Source: an uncultured Flavobacteriaceae bacterium
GTDB lineage: Bacteria > Bacteroidota > Bacteroidia > NS11-12g > UBA955
Direction of reading: 5' to 3'
DNA: 64,000 nt
Assembly: GCA_964475595.1 (NCBI GenBank)
Contig: CAYYXG010000009.1
Location: forward strand, 9,023-73,022
Position 1 is the stretch's first letter; each line of letters begins with the position of its first letter. The notes below the pieces were generated by a model. That model was not told the origin of the DNA. It worked only from the letters and a program-made list of their open reading frames with translations, and did no database searches. Made by a program: the position numbers and the translations under genes. This document shows, piece by piece, positions 9,075 to 19,194 of the stretch.

Positions 9075-10973
9075 TTATTTCACTTCTTCAAAGTCCACAT
9101 CTTCTACTTTACCGTCGCTGTCTGATTTTCCTGCACCTTCAGTGCCGGTGGTTTGTTCTGCCTGATTGGCTGCGTTGTACATGTCCTGGCTTGCCGCTTC
9201 CCATGCTTTGCTGAGTTCGGCCGTTGCCGTTTCAATGGCAGGCAAATCCTTGGATTCGTGCGCTTTTTTGAGCGTTTCCAAAGCAGATTCAATGGCACTT
9301 TTCTTTTCGGCTGGGATTTTATCGCCGTATTCTTTCAGCTGTTTTTCGGTGCTGAAAATCAGTGAATCGGCTGCATTCAGTTTATCTACTTCTTCACGAC
9401 GCTTGTTGTCGGCTTCTGCATTTTCCTGTGCCTCCTGCTTCATTTTTTCGATATCTTCCTTGCTTAATCCGCTGCTGGCTTCAATGCGTATCTTCTGCTC
9501 TTTTCCGGTGGCCTTGTCTTTAGCGCTTACACTCAAAATACCATTTGCGTCGATGTCAAAAGTAACCTCAATCTGAGGTACGCCGCGGGGTGCAGGCGGA
9601 ACTCCGTCCAGTATGAATTTGCCTATGGTTTTGTTGTCGCGAGCCATGGGTCTTTCACCTTGAAGGATGTGAATCTCAACTTGTGGCTGATTATCAGCGG
9701 CTGTGCTGAATACTTCGGTTTTCTTGGTTGGGATGGTGGTGTTTGACTCAATCATTTTGGTAAACACACTACCCATGGTTTCAATACCCAGGCTTAGTGG
9801 GGTAACATCCAGCAGCAGTATGTCTTTTACCTCACCGGTGAGAACGCCTCCCTGCAGGGCTGCGCCAATGGCAACTACCTCGTCGGGGTTTACGCCTTTA
9901 CTGGGGGCTTTGCCGAAGAAATCTTCCACCAATTTTTGTATGGCAGGGATACGGGTAGAGCCACCCACGAGAATTACTTCATCGATTTCGGAAGGATTCA
10001 TGCCTGCATCTGAGAGGGCCTTTTTGCAGGGCTCCAGGGTTCGCTGGATTAGGGTTGCGGCCAGTTGTTCAAACTTACTGCGGGTAAGCTTGCGTACCAG
10101 GTGGGCCGGAACTCCGTCTATGGCAGTTATATAGGGCAGATTGATGTCGGTTTCGGTGCTGCTAGACAGCTCGATTTTGGCCTTTTCAGCTGCTTCTTTC
10201 AAGCGCTGCAATGCCATTGGGTCTTTACGCAGATCCAAGTTTTGCTCCGTTTTGAATTCCTCTGCCAGCCAGTCAATGATTACCTGATCGAAGTCGTCGC
10301 CGCCCAGGTGGGTGTCACCATTGGTGCTTTTTACTTCAAATACACCGTCACCCAGTTCCAGCACGCTGATATCGAACGTACCACCTCCGAGGTCATATAC
10401 GGCTATTTTCATATCCTGTCCTTTTTTGTCCATGCCATAGGCAAGGGCAGCAGCGGTAGGTTCATTGATAATACGCTCAACTTTCAGTCCGGCAATTTCA
10501 CCGGCTTCTTTGGTAGCTTGTCTCTGTGCATCGTCAAAATAGGCAGGAACGGTCACCACGGCGCGGGTAACTTCCTGTCCCAGGAAATCTTCTGCTGTTT
10601 TCTTCATTTTCTGAAGAACCATTGCGCTAATTTCCTGCGGGGTGTAGGTGCGATCACCGATTTTTACACGGGGAGTATCATTGTCACCTTTTACCACTTC
10701 ATAGCTTACACGTCCGGTTTCAGTCTGTACGTTGGAGAATTTTTCTCCCATAAAACGCTTGATAGATGAAATGGTGTGCTTAGGGTTGGTGATGGCCTGA
10801 CGTTTCGCGGGATCACCTACTTTTCTTTCTCCGTTGCCGCCATCCAGAAAGGCAACAATGGAGGGGGTAGTGCGACGTCCTTCGCTGTTGGCAATCACAA
10901 CGGGTTCGTTTCCTTCCAATACGGCAACACAGCTATTGGTGGTGCCCAAATCAATACCTATAATTTTACTCAT
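9075..10973 (-). CDS. dnaK: molecular chaperone DnaK (Hsp70)
   Basis: [21 protein letters not shown]..., DLGGGTFD, 632 aa. Confidence 0.98.
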   Translation of the reverse strand: MSKIIGIDLGTTNSCVAVLEGNEPVVIANSEGRRTTPSIVAFLDGGNGERKVGDPAKRQAITNPKHTISSIKRFMGEKFSNVQTETGRVSYEVVKGDNDTPRVKIGDRTYTPQEISAMVLQKMKKTAEDFLGQEVTRAVVTVPAYFDDAQRQATKEAGEIAGLKVERIINEPTAAALAYGMDKKGQDMKIAVYDLGGGTFDISVLELGDGVFEVKSTNGDTHLGGDDFDQVIIDWLAEEFKTEQNLDLRKDPMALQRLKEAAEKAKIELSSSTETDINLPYITAIDGVPAHLVRKLTRSKFEQLAATLIQRTLEPCKKALSDAGMNPSEIDEVILVGGSTRIPAIQKLVEDFFGKAPSKGVNPDEVVAIGAALQGGVLTGEVKDILLLDVTPLSLGIETMGSVFTKMIESNTTIPTKKTEVFSTAADNQPQVEIHILQGERPMARDNKTIGKFILDGVPPAPRGVPQIEVTFDIDANGILSVSAKDKATGKEQKIRIEASSGLSKEDIEKMKQEAQENAEADNKRREEVDKLNAADSLIFSTEKQLKEYGDKIPAEKKSAIESALETLKKAHESKDLPAIETATAELSKAWEAASQDMYNAANQAEQTTGTEGAGKSDSDGKVEDVDFEEVK

Positions 10974-11059
10974 GATTTCAGTTTAGCCATGATGAAACAA
11001 CAAAAATGCCAAGCATTAAATTGCCGGTGGCGTATGACGAAATGGCAGTAAGTCTGATT

Positions 11060-12067
11060 TTATGGCAGTATGTTTAACGCCTTGGTTTCTGCGTTATTCC
11101 TCATGAAAATGATGGATCCACTGTCAAATTTTACTTTATCAATTTTTTGTATACAACGGCTGGCAAAAAGTCCGATTCCGCCCTGAATATTGCTGAATTC
11201 TGCCTGTTTTTGCACAATGCCGATAGAGGGCTCGTTCACTGAAATATAATCTGATAATAGCTGATTGCCCCCATAAACCCTGATACCTGCGTATCTCATT
11301 CTGTGATACAGGCCGGGATCTGCGGTAATCGTGTTACGCAGAAATTGCAATAATGCCAGCCGGGGAATTTTGTATAGCATATTGCTATTGCCTATGGCCG
11401 AGGCATTGGTGAGTACATTCCAGGTAGCCACTTTGGTGGTTTTGTTGAATGTGTCATTCACCGGAAACTCATCGTAGGTGATGTCCATTTTTACATCGTA
11501 GGCAAAGCTGTTAGACCCCGCTCTCATACTGATGGTGAGATATTCTGGGGTTACTGCAAAGTTGCTGTTGGAGTCGCGGAATGGCGATAGAATGTTGGCA
11601 GGACCAACCAGATTGGTTTCTGCGCGCACGGTGTTGCCGCTTTTGGGACTAAAGACTTCCAGAATGTATCGTTTACCGGGATTAAGCGATTTTGTGCCGG
11701 AGGTGTTTAAACGGTACAATGGATTTTTATCATTGGCAAACAATCCTGAGTCTTTGGCAATATTCCAAACCCGTGTGAGGTTATCGTTGAAAGTATTGTC
11801 CGTTGACCGAAGAGAAACCATGGCAGAATCCAAATACAAAGAATCGCTGATTTTGGCCACTTGCAGCGCCCCGGTATTCTCATTGAGAAATGCCTTGGCT
11901 ACACGGACGAACTGCACGCTGTCATTCACGTTGAGCATGCCATAAACGACCATGGTTTCTTTCCAATCAGCATTGATATCCAAATCGTTTTTACAAGAAA
12001 ACAATGCGATAATCGCCGTAAAAAATGCGGAGATTATGTGGCGGTATGCTGTTGGCAGTTTTTTCAC
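11060..12067 (-). CDS. hypothetical lipoprotein
   Basis: Signal peptide plus lipobox (IIALFSCKND). ORF start is GTG in the tracked frame; an internal ATG is possible. Confidence 0.5.
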   Translation of the reverse strand: MKKLPTAYRHIISAFFTAIIALFSCKNDLDINADWKETMVVYGMLNVNDSVQFVRVAKAFLNENTGALQVAKISDSLYLDSAMVSLRSTDNTFNDNLTRVWNIAKDSGLFANDKNPLYRLNTSGTKSLNPGKRYILEVFSPKSGNTVRAETNLVGPANILSPFRDSNSNFAVTPEYLTISMRAGSNSFAYDVKMDITYDEFPVNDTFNKTTKVATWNVLTNASAIGNSNMLYKIPRLALLQFLRNTITADPGLYHRMRYAGIRVYGGNQLLSDYISVNEPSIGIVQKQAEFSNIQGGIGLFASRCIQKIDKVKFDSGSIIFMRNNAETKALNILP

Positions 12068-12119
12068 AACGATGCTGAAGTCAGCTTTTTGGTCTAACTT
12101 TGCCTTTGCTCCTGCAAAG

Positions 12120-13421
12120 ATGAGGAAAATTATCGGCCTTTGTTGTCTGTTATGCTTTTTTTACCCTGCCCAAACACAGCAGGTTACCAAAGAGTTTATG
12201 AAACTGGTATGGGAAGATAACTTTCAGAAGCTGGAAAATCAATGGGCGCAGCAATCCACGGCCGATAATTTCTTCATAGGATCGTCAGAAGGTTTTGAGG
12301 TATGGCGCAAAAGTAAGAACAATGGCTATTTCATCTTTCCACAAAAGGTGCAGGAGTTCCGTGTTTTCGAGGTTTCGCTCCAATTTGTGTTTGATGGAAA
12401 GGGAGCTTCAGATCAAGCAGCAGGGCTGGTGATGCAAGCACAATCCGACGGTTCCGGGGCGGTAATTGTGGAGGTAAACCGGAAAAAACAATTTCGAATT
12501 CGCAGGGCTTCATCCCATCGAATAATGCCCGTAAATGAGCCCATTAAGGGTTGGCGGAAGCCTAATAAAAAAATTAAAGGGGAAACCATTACCCTCACCG
12601 TAAAAACCAACGATAAGGTGTATGACCTTTACATTAATGAGGTTTATACCTATTCATTTACAGAAATTGAGTTCTCAAAAGGATGGATAGGTTTGTATGT
12701 GGGGCCGGATACCCGTGTTATCTACAAAAAGCTCACTGTAAAGGTAGACGATGAATCTACCTCACTGCCATCTGAATTAACCCATTTTCCTGACGATAGA
12801 AAATCGTTACATCTGCAGGTGTCAAGATTGAAAGAGGTAATCCAAAAGAAAGATTTACGCATAGCGGAACTCGAAGGTCAATTGAAGGATCAGACGGGGC
12901 TAAATTACAAGGCGGACAGCGTTTTACTGAAGCAATCACAGGAAGCAGTAGCGCGGGTGGATGAATTGGAGATAGAGCTGGAAAAAGCAAGTGAGGATAA
13001 ACTGAAACTGGAAAAGGAATTGCTAAAACTGCAACAATTTAAAAATGCGGCTTCAGCGTCTGTGGATGTCAATGTGGCAGATAATCTCATAAATATTAAC
13101 GAAGAACTGCGTTTAGAGTTGCAAAAATCTAAAAAGAACATTGAAGAACTGGAGGCCAGTTTACTCAGGCAGCAATCTCAGGTTGATGGATGGATAAAAA
13201 AGCTGAACCAAATGGAGAACACCACGGAAGATTTTAAGAACAATGTTCAGTTTCAGCGTGGGTTGCTGATTCAAAAGGACAGCATCATACGCGAGCAGCA
13301 AAAGACCATTGATAAGCTGGAGAAAGCAGCGAAAGAATTGGAAAAGGATAGAAAAAAAGCAACTGTTCCGGCGAAAAAAGAGAAAGAAGTAAAAAAAGAG
13401 AACCTGTTTGATGAAAACTAA
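12120..13421 (+). CDS. secreted protein with N-terminal beta-sandwich domain and long C-terminal coiled coil
   Basis: Internal ATG start MRKIIGLCCLLCFFYPAQTQQ (signal peptide). C-terminal about 200 aa are heptad-rich (LKLEKELLKLQQ..., KK-rich tail). Confidence 0.55.
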   Translation: MRKIIGLCCLLCFFYPAQTQQVTKEFMKLVWEDNFQKLENQWAQQSTADNFFIGSSEGFEVWRKSKNNGYFIFPQKVQEFRVFEVSLQFVFDGKGASDQAAGLVMQAQSDGSGAVIVEVNRKKQFRIRRASSHRIMPVNEPIKGWRKPNKKIKGETITLTVKTNDKVYDLYINEVYTYSFTEIEFSKGWIGLYVGPDTRVIYKKLTVKVDDESTSLPSELTHFPDDRKSLHLQVSRLKEVIQKKDLRIAELEGQLKDQTGLNYKADSVLLKQSQEAVARVDELEIELEKASEDKLKLEKELLKLQQFKNAASASVDVNVADNLININEELRLELQKSKKNIEELEASLLRQQSQVDGWIKKLNQMENTTEDFKNNVQFQRGLLIQKDSIIREQQKTIDKLEKAAKELEKDRKKATVPAKKEKEVKKENLFDEN

Positions 13422-13424
13422 ACC

Positions 13425-14243
13425 ATGAGTATTCAGAAAAAAGAATTTAAAAAAATTACCACCCATGTGTTGCTTGAGATGAAGCAAAAGGGTGAAAAAA
13501 TTTCGATGCTAACGGCATACGATTTTTCCATGGCCAAGCTGGTAGATCAGGCGGGGATTGATGTGATATTGGTGGGTGATAGCGCCAGTAATGTGATGGC
13601 CGGGCATGAGACCACGCTGCCCATTACACTCGATCAGATGATATACCATGCATCGTCAGTGGTGCGAGGCATTGACAGGGCACTGGTGGTGGTTGATTTG
13701 CCTTTCGGCAGTTATCAGGGAAATAGCAAAGAGGCGCTGGTCAGTACCATACGAATTATGAAAGAGAGCGGCGCTCATGCCGTAAAAATGGAGGGCGGAG
13801 AGGAAATTATTGAAAGCATCAAGCGCATTCTCACAGCGGGAGTACCTGTGATGGGGCACCTGGGTCTTACCCCACAAAGTATTTATAAGTTTGGCACTTA
13901 TGCAGTGCGCGCTACTGAGGAGGAAGAGGCCGAAAAACTCATTCACGACAGTAAGTTGTTGGAAGAGGCGGGATGTTTTGCCTTAGTATTAGAAAAAATA
14001 CCCAGTAAGCTGGCCAAACGGGTGGCTGAAAATTTAACCATTCCAGTAATTGGCATTGGTGCTGGTCCTGAGGTAGACGGACAGGTGCTGGTTTTGCACG
14101 ATATGCTGGGGATTAATACCGAGTTTAAGCCTCGATTTCTGCGCAAGTATGCCGATTTGCACGGTATCATCACCGGTGCAGTGCAGCATTATGTTGATGA
14201 CGTAAAAAGGAAGGATTTTCCCAACGAAAGGGAACAATATTAA
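13425..14243 (+). CDS. panB: 3-methyl-2-oxobutanoate hydroxymethyltransferase
   Basis: [37 protein letters not shown] canonical PanB block. Confidence 0.93.
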   Translation: MSIQKKEFKKITTHVLLEMKQKGEKISMLTAYDFSMAKLVDQAGIDVILVGDSASNVMAGHETTLPITLDQMIYHASSVVRGIDRALVVVDLPFGSYQGNSKEALVSTIRIMKESGAHAVKMEGGEEIIESIKRILTAGVPVMGHLGLTPQSIYKFGTYAVRATEEEEAEKLIHDSKLLEEAGCFALVLEKIPSKLAKRVAENLTIPVIGIGAGPEVDGQVLVLHDMLGINTEFKPRFLRKYADLHGIITGAVQHYVDDVKRKDFPNEREQY

Positions 14244-14245
14244 GA

Positions 14246-14902
14246 TTAGCCGTTGGCCTTTTTATGGTCGGCCAGGAACTGAGCCAGTCCGATATCCGTA
14301 AGAGGGTGCTTGAACAGACCCAAAATGGCACTGAGCGGGCAGGTTACTACATCGGCACCGGCCTGGGCACTTTTCACAATATGTAAAGGATTGCGAACAC
14401 TGGCGGCCAGAATTTCGGTTTCATAACCCTGTATGGAATAGATTTCCGCAATTTGCTGAATCAATTCTATTCCGTCCCAGCTGCTGTCATCGAGGCGACC
14501 TATAAATGGCGACAAATAGGTGGCACCGGCTTTGGCTGCCAATATGGCTTGTCCTGAACTGAATACCAGTGTGCAGTTGGTGCGAATTCCTTTTTTGGTA
14601 AAGTGTGAAATGGCTTTTACTCCGTCTACGATCATGGGTACTTTCACCACAATGTTGGGGTGAAGTCCGGCCAGCCGCTCACCTTCATCAACCATGCCCT
14701 TGAAATCGGTGGAGATGACCTCTGCGCTTACATCTCCGTCTACAATGTTGCAGATGGCTTTGTAGTGATTAAGTACATTGTCATGTCCGGTAATTCCCTC
14801 TTTGGCCATGAGGGTTGGATTGGTGGTTACACCGTCAAGAATGCCGAGTTCATTGGCTTCGCGAATCTGATCGAGGTTGGCTGTGTCGATGAAGAATTTC
14901 AT
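14246..14902 (-). CDS. fsa: fructose-6-phosphate aldolase / transaldolase-like
   Basis: MKFFIDTANLDQIREANELGILDGVTTNPTL, about 218 aa, the short TalC/Fsa type. Confidence 0.9.
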   Translation of the reverse strand: MKFFIDTANLDQIREANELGILDGVTTNPTLMAKEGITGHDNVLNHYKAICNIVDGDVSAEVISTDFKGMVDEGERLAGLHPNIVVKVPMIVDGVKAISHFTKKGIRTNCTLVFSSGQAILAAKAGATYLSPFIGRLDDSSWDGIELIQQIAEIYSIQGYETEILAASVRNPLHIVKSAQAGADVVTCPLSAILGLFKHPLTDIGLAQFLADHKKANG

Positions 14903-14959
14903 GTTGTGGCAAAATTAGCACCTTTCTGCCGCTTGGCATTTGTGGACAACCGGAATTTA

Positions 14960-15601
14960 TCACCAACTTTTCACCCGATAAAAAATGTGCAGGCCACCAA
15001 ATGCCTGGCTCAGTCCGTAATCATAACCGGTGCGATTGGTGCTGTTTAGCCGCAGACCACCTTCTACTTTTAGGTGAATGGGGATTTTGAGTGGGGTGTA
15101 GTGAAAGGAAAGTCCAAACTGCGGCATATAGCGGCTTTGCGGCCATTGCCGCTCCGTGATAATGCCATTGCTGAATACTTCTGTGCCGCTTTCCTTGAAT
15201 ATACCCTGAAGACCAAACCAAATGGCCGGATTGAAGCGGGGTTTGTCGTTGAATTTAAGTTCTCCAATAGCATTTACGGTCCATAGTCGCAAACTTGCCT
15301 GATACAAAATGCTATTGCCGGAGCGGATGTCGGGGCGGTAGTTTACCTCGCCAAAACCCATGGATATATTGGCATTAAATAAGTGCGAAATTGAACTTTG
15401 AACCGATAAACCTGCCGAATAGGCATTGTTAATTCTGTCTGAATAAAAACTGCCCAGTTCCTCGTTTGCATAATAGCGATAGAAATTCGTTTCGCCCCTT
15501 CCGTAAATCCCAATACTGATATCCTCCGGGATAGAATTAATTTGGGCTAGTAACCTGATGTTAATCATCAGCATGGGAAGTAACAGCCAAATGTTCCTCA
15601 T
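14960..15601 (-). CDS. outer-membrane beta-barrel protein (hypothetical)
   Basis: Signal peptide, alternating hydrophobic beta-strand pattern, C-terminal aromatic residue. Confidence 0.45.
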   Translation of the reverse strand: MRNIWLLLPMLMINIRLLAQINSIPEDISIGIYGRGETNFYRYYANEELGSFYSDRINNAYSAGLSVQSSISHLFNANISMGFGEVNYRPDIRSGNSILYQASLRLWTVNAIGELKFNDKPRFNPAIWFGLQGIFKESGTEVFSNGIITERQWPQSRYMPQFGLSFHYTPLKIPIHLKVEGGLRLNSTNRTGYDYGLSQAFGGLHIFYRVKSW

Positions 15602-16041
15602 AGTGTTTGAAAATATTTTTGGTAACGGGGCTTTCTAATGGCAAGCATGAACCAGATGGCCGGAAACCAAAACATGGTAAATAAAGTATTTTTTCCTGAG
15701 AAATACACCCTGTCATAAATCATGGTTTGGTTATTTTTTTTCACCACGGCATGAATGTGGCGCCAGTTTTTTAATCCTGTGGGCAAAGTATGACCTTCAT
15801 CTGTGAAGCACCAGAAGTTTTTTTTGCTGCAAACCCGGGTGATGACGCCTGTCCAAAGCGTGGAGGTAAAAAGAGATTCTACCCGCATTTTCATTCCGGC
15901 CCCGACAAATAAGCCATCAAATTGTTCAATTTTTACAGTTATACCGGGGGGATTCAGGGTTTCCAGTAACTTTTGATCAAAACCATCCCTTACTTTCTCA
16001 AATGAACATTTTACGGCCGTTTTTAGGGTGATTTGAATCAT
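15598..16041 (-). CDS. hypothetical protein, possibly SRPBCC (Bet v1-like) fold
   Basis: 147 aa; ATGA-coupled to the upstream OMP gene; no strong motif. Confidence 0.3.
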   Translation of the reverse strand: MIQITLKTAVKCSFEKVRDGFDQKLLETLNPPGITVKIEQFDGLFVGAGMKMRVESLFTSTLWTGVITRVCSKKNFWCFTDEGHTLPTGLKNWRHIHAVVKKNNQTMIYDRVYFSGKNTLFTMFWFPAIWFMLAIRKPRYQKYFQTL

Positions 16042-16118
16042 TTATGTGTTTGAAATAAAACTTTTTTCAGGCGATTTGGTTTTTATAGTACGGTTTTTGC
16101 ACTGAAACATTAAACAAA

Positions 16119-16541
16119 ATGGCAAATTGGGTATCGGTAACGCGCACAGCACAATTTAATGCAGCACACAGGTTGCACGTGGCGGAGTGGAGCGACGAAA
16201 AAAACCGCGAGTTTTTTGGTTTGTGTAACAATCCCAATTACCACGGACATAACTACGAACTCCATGTCACCGTTTCCGGTCCGTTGGATCCTGTTTCCGG
16301 TTACCTTTTGGATATGAAGACTTTAAAGGACTGGATTGAGCAGGATGTAGAGCGTGCTTTCGACCACCGAAATTTGAATCTGGATACCGAGGAGTTTAAA
16401 AATCTCAATCCTACTGCAGAAAATATGGCGGTGGTTATTTGGGAAAAGCTGAAAAAGCGGTTACAGCCAGACATGAAACTAAAAATAAAATTATTTGAAA
16501 CCCCCCGTAACTTTGTAGAATTTGATGGAACACAATCATAA
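16119..16541 (+). CDS. queD: 6-carboxy-5,6,7,8-tetrahydropterin synthase
   Basis: AHRLHVAEWSDEKNREFFGLCNNPNYHGHNYELHV. Has the CxxxHGH zinc motif. Confidence 0.93.
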   Translation: MANWVSVTRTAQFNAAHRLHVAEWSDEKNREFFGLCNNPNYHGHNYELHVTVSGPLDPVSGYLLDMKTLKDWIEQDVERAFDHRNLNLDTEEFKNLNPTAENMAVVIWEKLKKRLQPDMKLKIKLFETPRNFVEFDGTQS

Positions 16542-17199
16542 ACATAATCACGATATGCTGGGCGATGACCATGTGGGTACCAATATGGAAACCCCACTGA
16601 GGCCCGATGCATTCCAAATGGATAATGAGCTGAAAATAGAGCTTATAGCCAAGCATTTTACCGAAATCATGCACATTTTAGGTCTGGATTTAAGTGATGA
16701 AAGCCTCAAGGGCACTCCACTTAGAGTAGCCAAAATGTTTGTCAATGAGCAATTCAAAGGCCTCGATCCGGAAAATCGTCCGCATCCTACCTTGTTTGAA
16801 AATGGTTTCAAATACAAGGAAATGCTGGTGGAAAAAGACATTCATTTCTTCAGTACCTGCGAACATCACTTTGTTCCTATTATGGGTAAAGCCCATCTGG
16901 CCTATGTGAGCAGCGGTAAAGTAATCGGATTGAGCAAGCTCAATCGCATTGTGGATTATTATGCCAAACGTCCTCAGGTGCAGGAAAGAATGACCGTTCA
17001 GATTGCCAATGAATTGATGGATGTGTTGGAAACCCCTGACGTGGCGGTAATTATAGATGCAAGGCATCTTTGTGTGGCCAGCCGGGGAATTAAAGATATC
17101 AGCAGTGCCACAGTCACCTCAAGCTATCATGGCAAGTTCAATGATCCACAGGTGCGTGCCGAACTGTTAAAATATATTGAGATGAACGGCTCTGAATAA
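16522..17199 (+). CDS. folE: GTP cyclohydrolase I
   Basis: FSTCEHHFVPIMGKAHLAYV and the other FolE blocks. His-rich N-terminus. The true start may be a downstream ATG (16555 or 16585), which would remove the 20-nt overlap with queD. Confidence 0.93.
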   Translation: MMEHNHKHNHDMLGDDHVGTNMETPLRPDAFQMDNELKIELIAKHFTEIMHILGLDLSDESLKGTPLRVAKMFVNEQFKGLDPENRPHPTLFENGFKYKEMLVEKDIHFFSTCEHHFVPIMGKAHLAYVSSGKVIGLSKLNRIVDYYAKRPQVQERMTVQIANELMDVLETPDVAVIIDARHLCVASRGIKDISSATVTSSYHGKFNDPQVRAELLKYIEMNGSE

Positions 17200-17232
17200 G
17201 GGTTGTTTTTTCTATAGTGTTGTTTGTAAAAT

Positions 17233-17258
17233 AAAGGCGCCATTAGGCGCCTTTATTT
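17233..17258. terminator. bidirectional rho-independent terminator
   Basis: AAAGGCGCC-ATTA-GGCGCCTTT perfect 9-bp hairpin flanked by A/T tracts on both strands. Sits between convergent folE and 17279..18172. Confidence 0.7.
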
Positions 17259-17278
17259 ATGATGCATTTAGCATGTTG

Positions 17279-18172
17279 TTATAGCATAACATCAGGCGAG
17301 TTTACATTTATGGTTGTTCTGATCCTTTTCCATACAGTACCCACATCCGGGTGGCTTTTCTGGCTGTCATAAGCGTAAATCCCCTTGTATTTATAGCCGG
17401 TGAGTCCTAAAATATCTTTATAGTGAAAGAACACCACGCGTTTTTGACTTGTATTTCGATGGGCCTCATAGTGTTCCAACTTGATGGTAGCATCGGCATG
17501 GGTTTCTATAATTTCCTCTTCGTCCGCACTCATCTGGTTTAGCCAGCCTTTTCTTGTCTTTTCCGAGGGCCACCATAGCAAATACGCTGCATTTTTTGGG
17601 TGTGAAATTCCGCCCAGTCTTAAATAGCCACGTTTGGTCTTGCTAAATTCAGCATCAAATAATGTGCAGATATCTTCAATATTGGATAGTGAAATATCGT
17701 CTGTGGTGCTAATGTTCTTTTTTAATTTCCAAAACTCCGGATTCCTCTCCGTATCGGGCTGCCAGGGTTTGAATGTGCCGTTTTTTTGCTGCGTTTCCAG
17801 TGCATTTAAAATTTCAGATACAATATGGTCAATCTGTTGGTGGATGTCTTTAAGTTCCTTCCGACAATCAATTACATACAGCGTATGACCGGTGTTGTTT
17901 TCAATTTCTATTTTTCGTATTTCGTCTGCTTGAATCCGATCCTCAGAGCTGTAGTGGGCCGGCTCATTCACTTCGATGTGGATGTTAAATTGAGGCAGAT
18001 AAACGTCGGTCAAGGCATATTTATCGCTGTGGCGATTTACGTATTGCTGTGGAACGATTTTTATTTCATCGTTGTCCAGTTTATGCCATAGTCTAGTCAG
18101 GCAATAGTGTTCAATGGCCTTGCTGCTGGTTTTCTGAAATAAACGCGTGATGAATTCAACCTTGTAGCTCAT
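17279..18172 (-). CDS. hypothetical protein (orphan; possible nuclease-like N-domain)
   Basis: 297 aa with no recognisable housekeeping family. Located in the tRNA-His-proximal slot. Confidence 0.45.
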   Translation of the reverse strand: MSYKVEFITRLFQKTSSKAIEHYCLTRLWHKLDNDEIKIVPQQYVNRHSDKYALTDVYLPQFNIHIEVNEPAHYSSEDRIQADEIRKIEIENNTGHTLYVIDCRKELKDIHQQIDHIVSEILNALETQQKNGTFKPWQPDTERNPEFWKLKKNISTTDDISLSNIEDICTLFDAEFSKTKRGYLRLGGISHPKNAAYLLWWPSEKTRKGWLNQMSADEEEIIETHADATIKLEHYEAHRNTSQKRVVFFHYKDILGLTGYKYKGIYAYDSQKSHPDVGTVWKRIRTTINVNSPDVML

Positions 18173-18181
18173 TATCAGAGC

Positions 18182-18841
18182 TTAAAATCCAAATCCCAAA
18201 CTCAGGCCAATTTTGGGTAATAGGCCGTTGTGGTAGATAAAGTATGCACCCGGACTTTGCTTGTAATCAAAACCATCATCACTTGATTGTATTTTGCTGT
18301 CTGAAATCCGCATGCCAGCGCCGGCATAGATATCCATGTAAAATGATTCACCCAAAGACTTTTGGAGCCCTATGACAAAACCCGGATACGCAGCTGTAGT
18401 GATAACTCGGCCGGTCTTTTCTTCGCTGTTGTAGGGTGGATTGGTGGAGTAAACATAGTGACGTGATTTCTCATCATAATACCCAAATTGTCCGAATACC
18501 CCTACGTAATAACCACTGGCTGTTTGTTTTCCGGTGATGGATTTTTCAACATGAAACCGACTCAAATAGTATTTGTACATATACTCCATGGTGGTGCCTG
18601 CGCCCTTGATAACACCGCTGTAATTATCCGTTGGCTGGCGGTACATGACTTCCATGCTTATCTGGTGGGCCTTGCTCTTGTCATTGTTTAAAAATTCTCC
18701 CGACATCCACAAACCACCGCGAATCAAATGTTGCGGACTAAACTTCAGTATGGTACCCGGAATTAACATGTCTGTTTTGGTTTGGGAAAATGCTACGGAC
18801 CCGGAGACCAGGAATGACAAAACAATGATGGCTTTTTTCAT
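18182..18841 (-). CDS. outer-membrane beta-barrel protein (hypothetical)
   Basis: Start at internal ATG: MKKAIIVLSFLVSGSVAFSQ signal peptide, ends GFGF. The upstream part of the ORF (to 19042) is just the tRNA-His gene translated. Confidence 0.6.
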   Translation of the reverse strand: MKKAIIVLSFLVSGSVAFSQTKTDMLIPGTILKFSPQHLIRGGLWMSGEFLNNDKSKAHQISMEVMYRQPTDNYSGVIKGAGTTMEYMYKYYLSRFHVEKSITGKQTASGYYVGVFGQFGYYDEKSRHYVYSTNPPYNSEEKTGRVITTAAYPGFVIGLQKSLGESFYMDIYAGAGMRISDSKIQSSDDGFDYKQSPGAYFIYHNGLLPKIGLSLGFGF

Positions 18842-18951
18842 AGTTATAATAACAAACAAATATACAGACATAATTTGAAACACCCCCAAAACGTCAACCT
18901 TGACAAAACAAAAAGCGGCTTTTAAGCCGCTTTTTGAAGAAAAAATTACTT

Positions 18952-19028
18952 TGGGCGAATAACCGGGTTCGAACCGGCGACCCCCAGTGCCACAAACTGG
19001 TGCTCTAACCAACTGAGCTATATCCGCC
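18952..19028 (-). tRNA. tRNA-His (anticodon GUG)
   Basis: Manual fold: encoded G-1 pairs with discriminator C73. Acceptor GCGGATA/TATTCGC. Anticodon stem CCAGT/ACTGG with loop TTGTGGC (GTG anticodon). T-loop TTCGAAC. Confidence 0.9.
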
Positions 19029-19194
19029 GTAAAGGGCTGCAAATTTAAGCAACATTCATCATTTTCTCAACAGGAATTCAATACGTTTTATCATCTTTGC
19101 ACCTATCCAAGCGCATAATTCCAAACATATCCTCCTTTATTGCAGCTGGTACCCGACCCCGGAAAGCCCGCTAAATGGCATTTTTTGCCGTGAA

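Noticed and set aside
9166-9576. 136-aa Ser/Ala-rich plus-strand ORF inside dnaK
   Set aside because: It is antisense to a highly conserved, highly expressed gene. The low-complexity composition reflects the dnaK codon pattern, and it has no independent start context.
10974-11059. CIRCE (HrcA) operator upstream of dnaK
   Set aside because: No TTAGCACTC-N9-GAGTGCTAA-like inverted repeat is present in the 86-bp upstream region.
14241-14248. panB and fsa convergent stops only 2 nt apart with no terminator
   Set aside because: Tight convergent packing is common. No hairpin can fit, so there is nothing further to interpret from sequence alone.
18842-19042. N-terminal 67 codons of ORF 18182..19042 (MQPFTADIAQLVRAPVCGTGGRRFEPGYSP...)
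   Set aside because: This segment is the antisense reading of the tRNA-His gene plus spacer. The real CDS starts at the internal ATG (18841) with a proper signal peptide.
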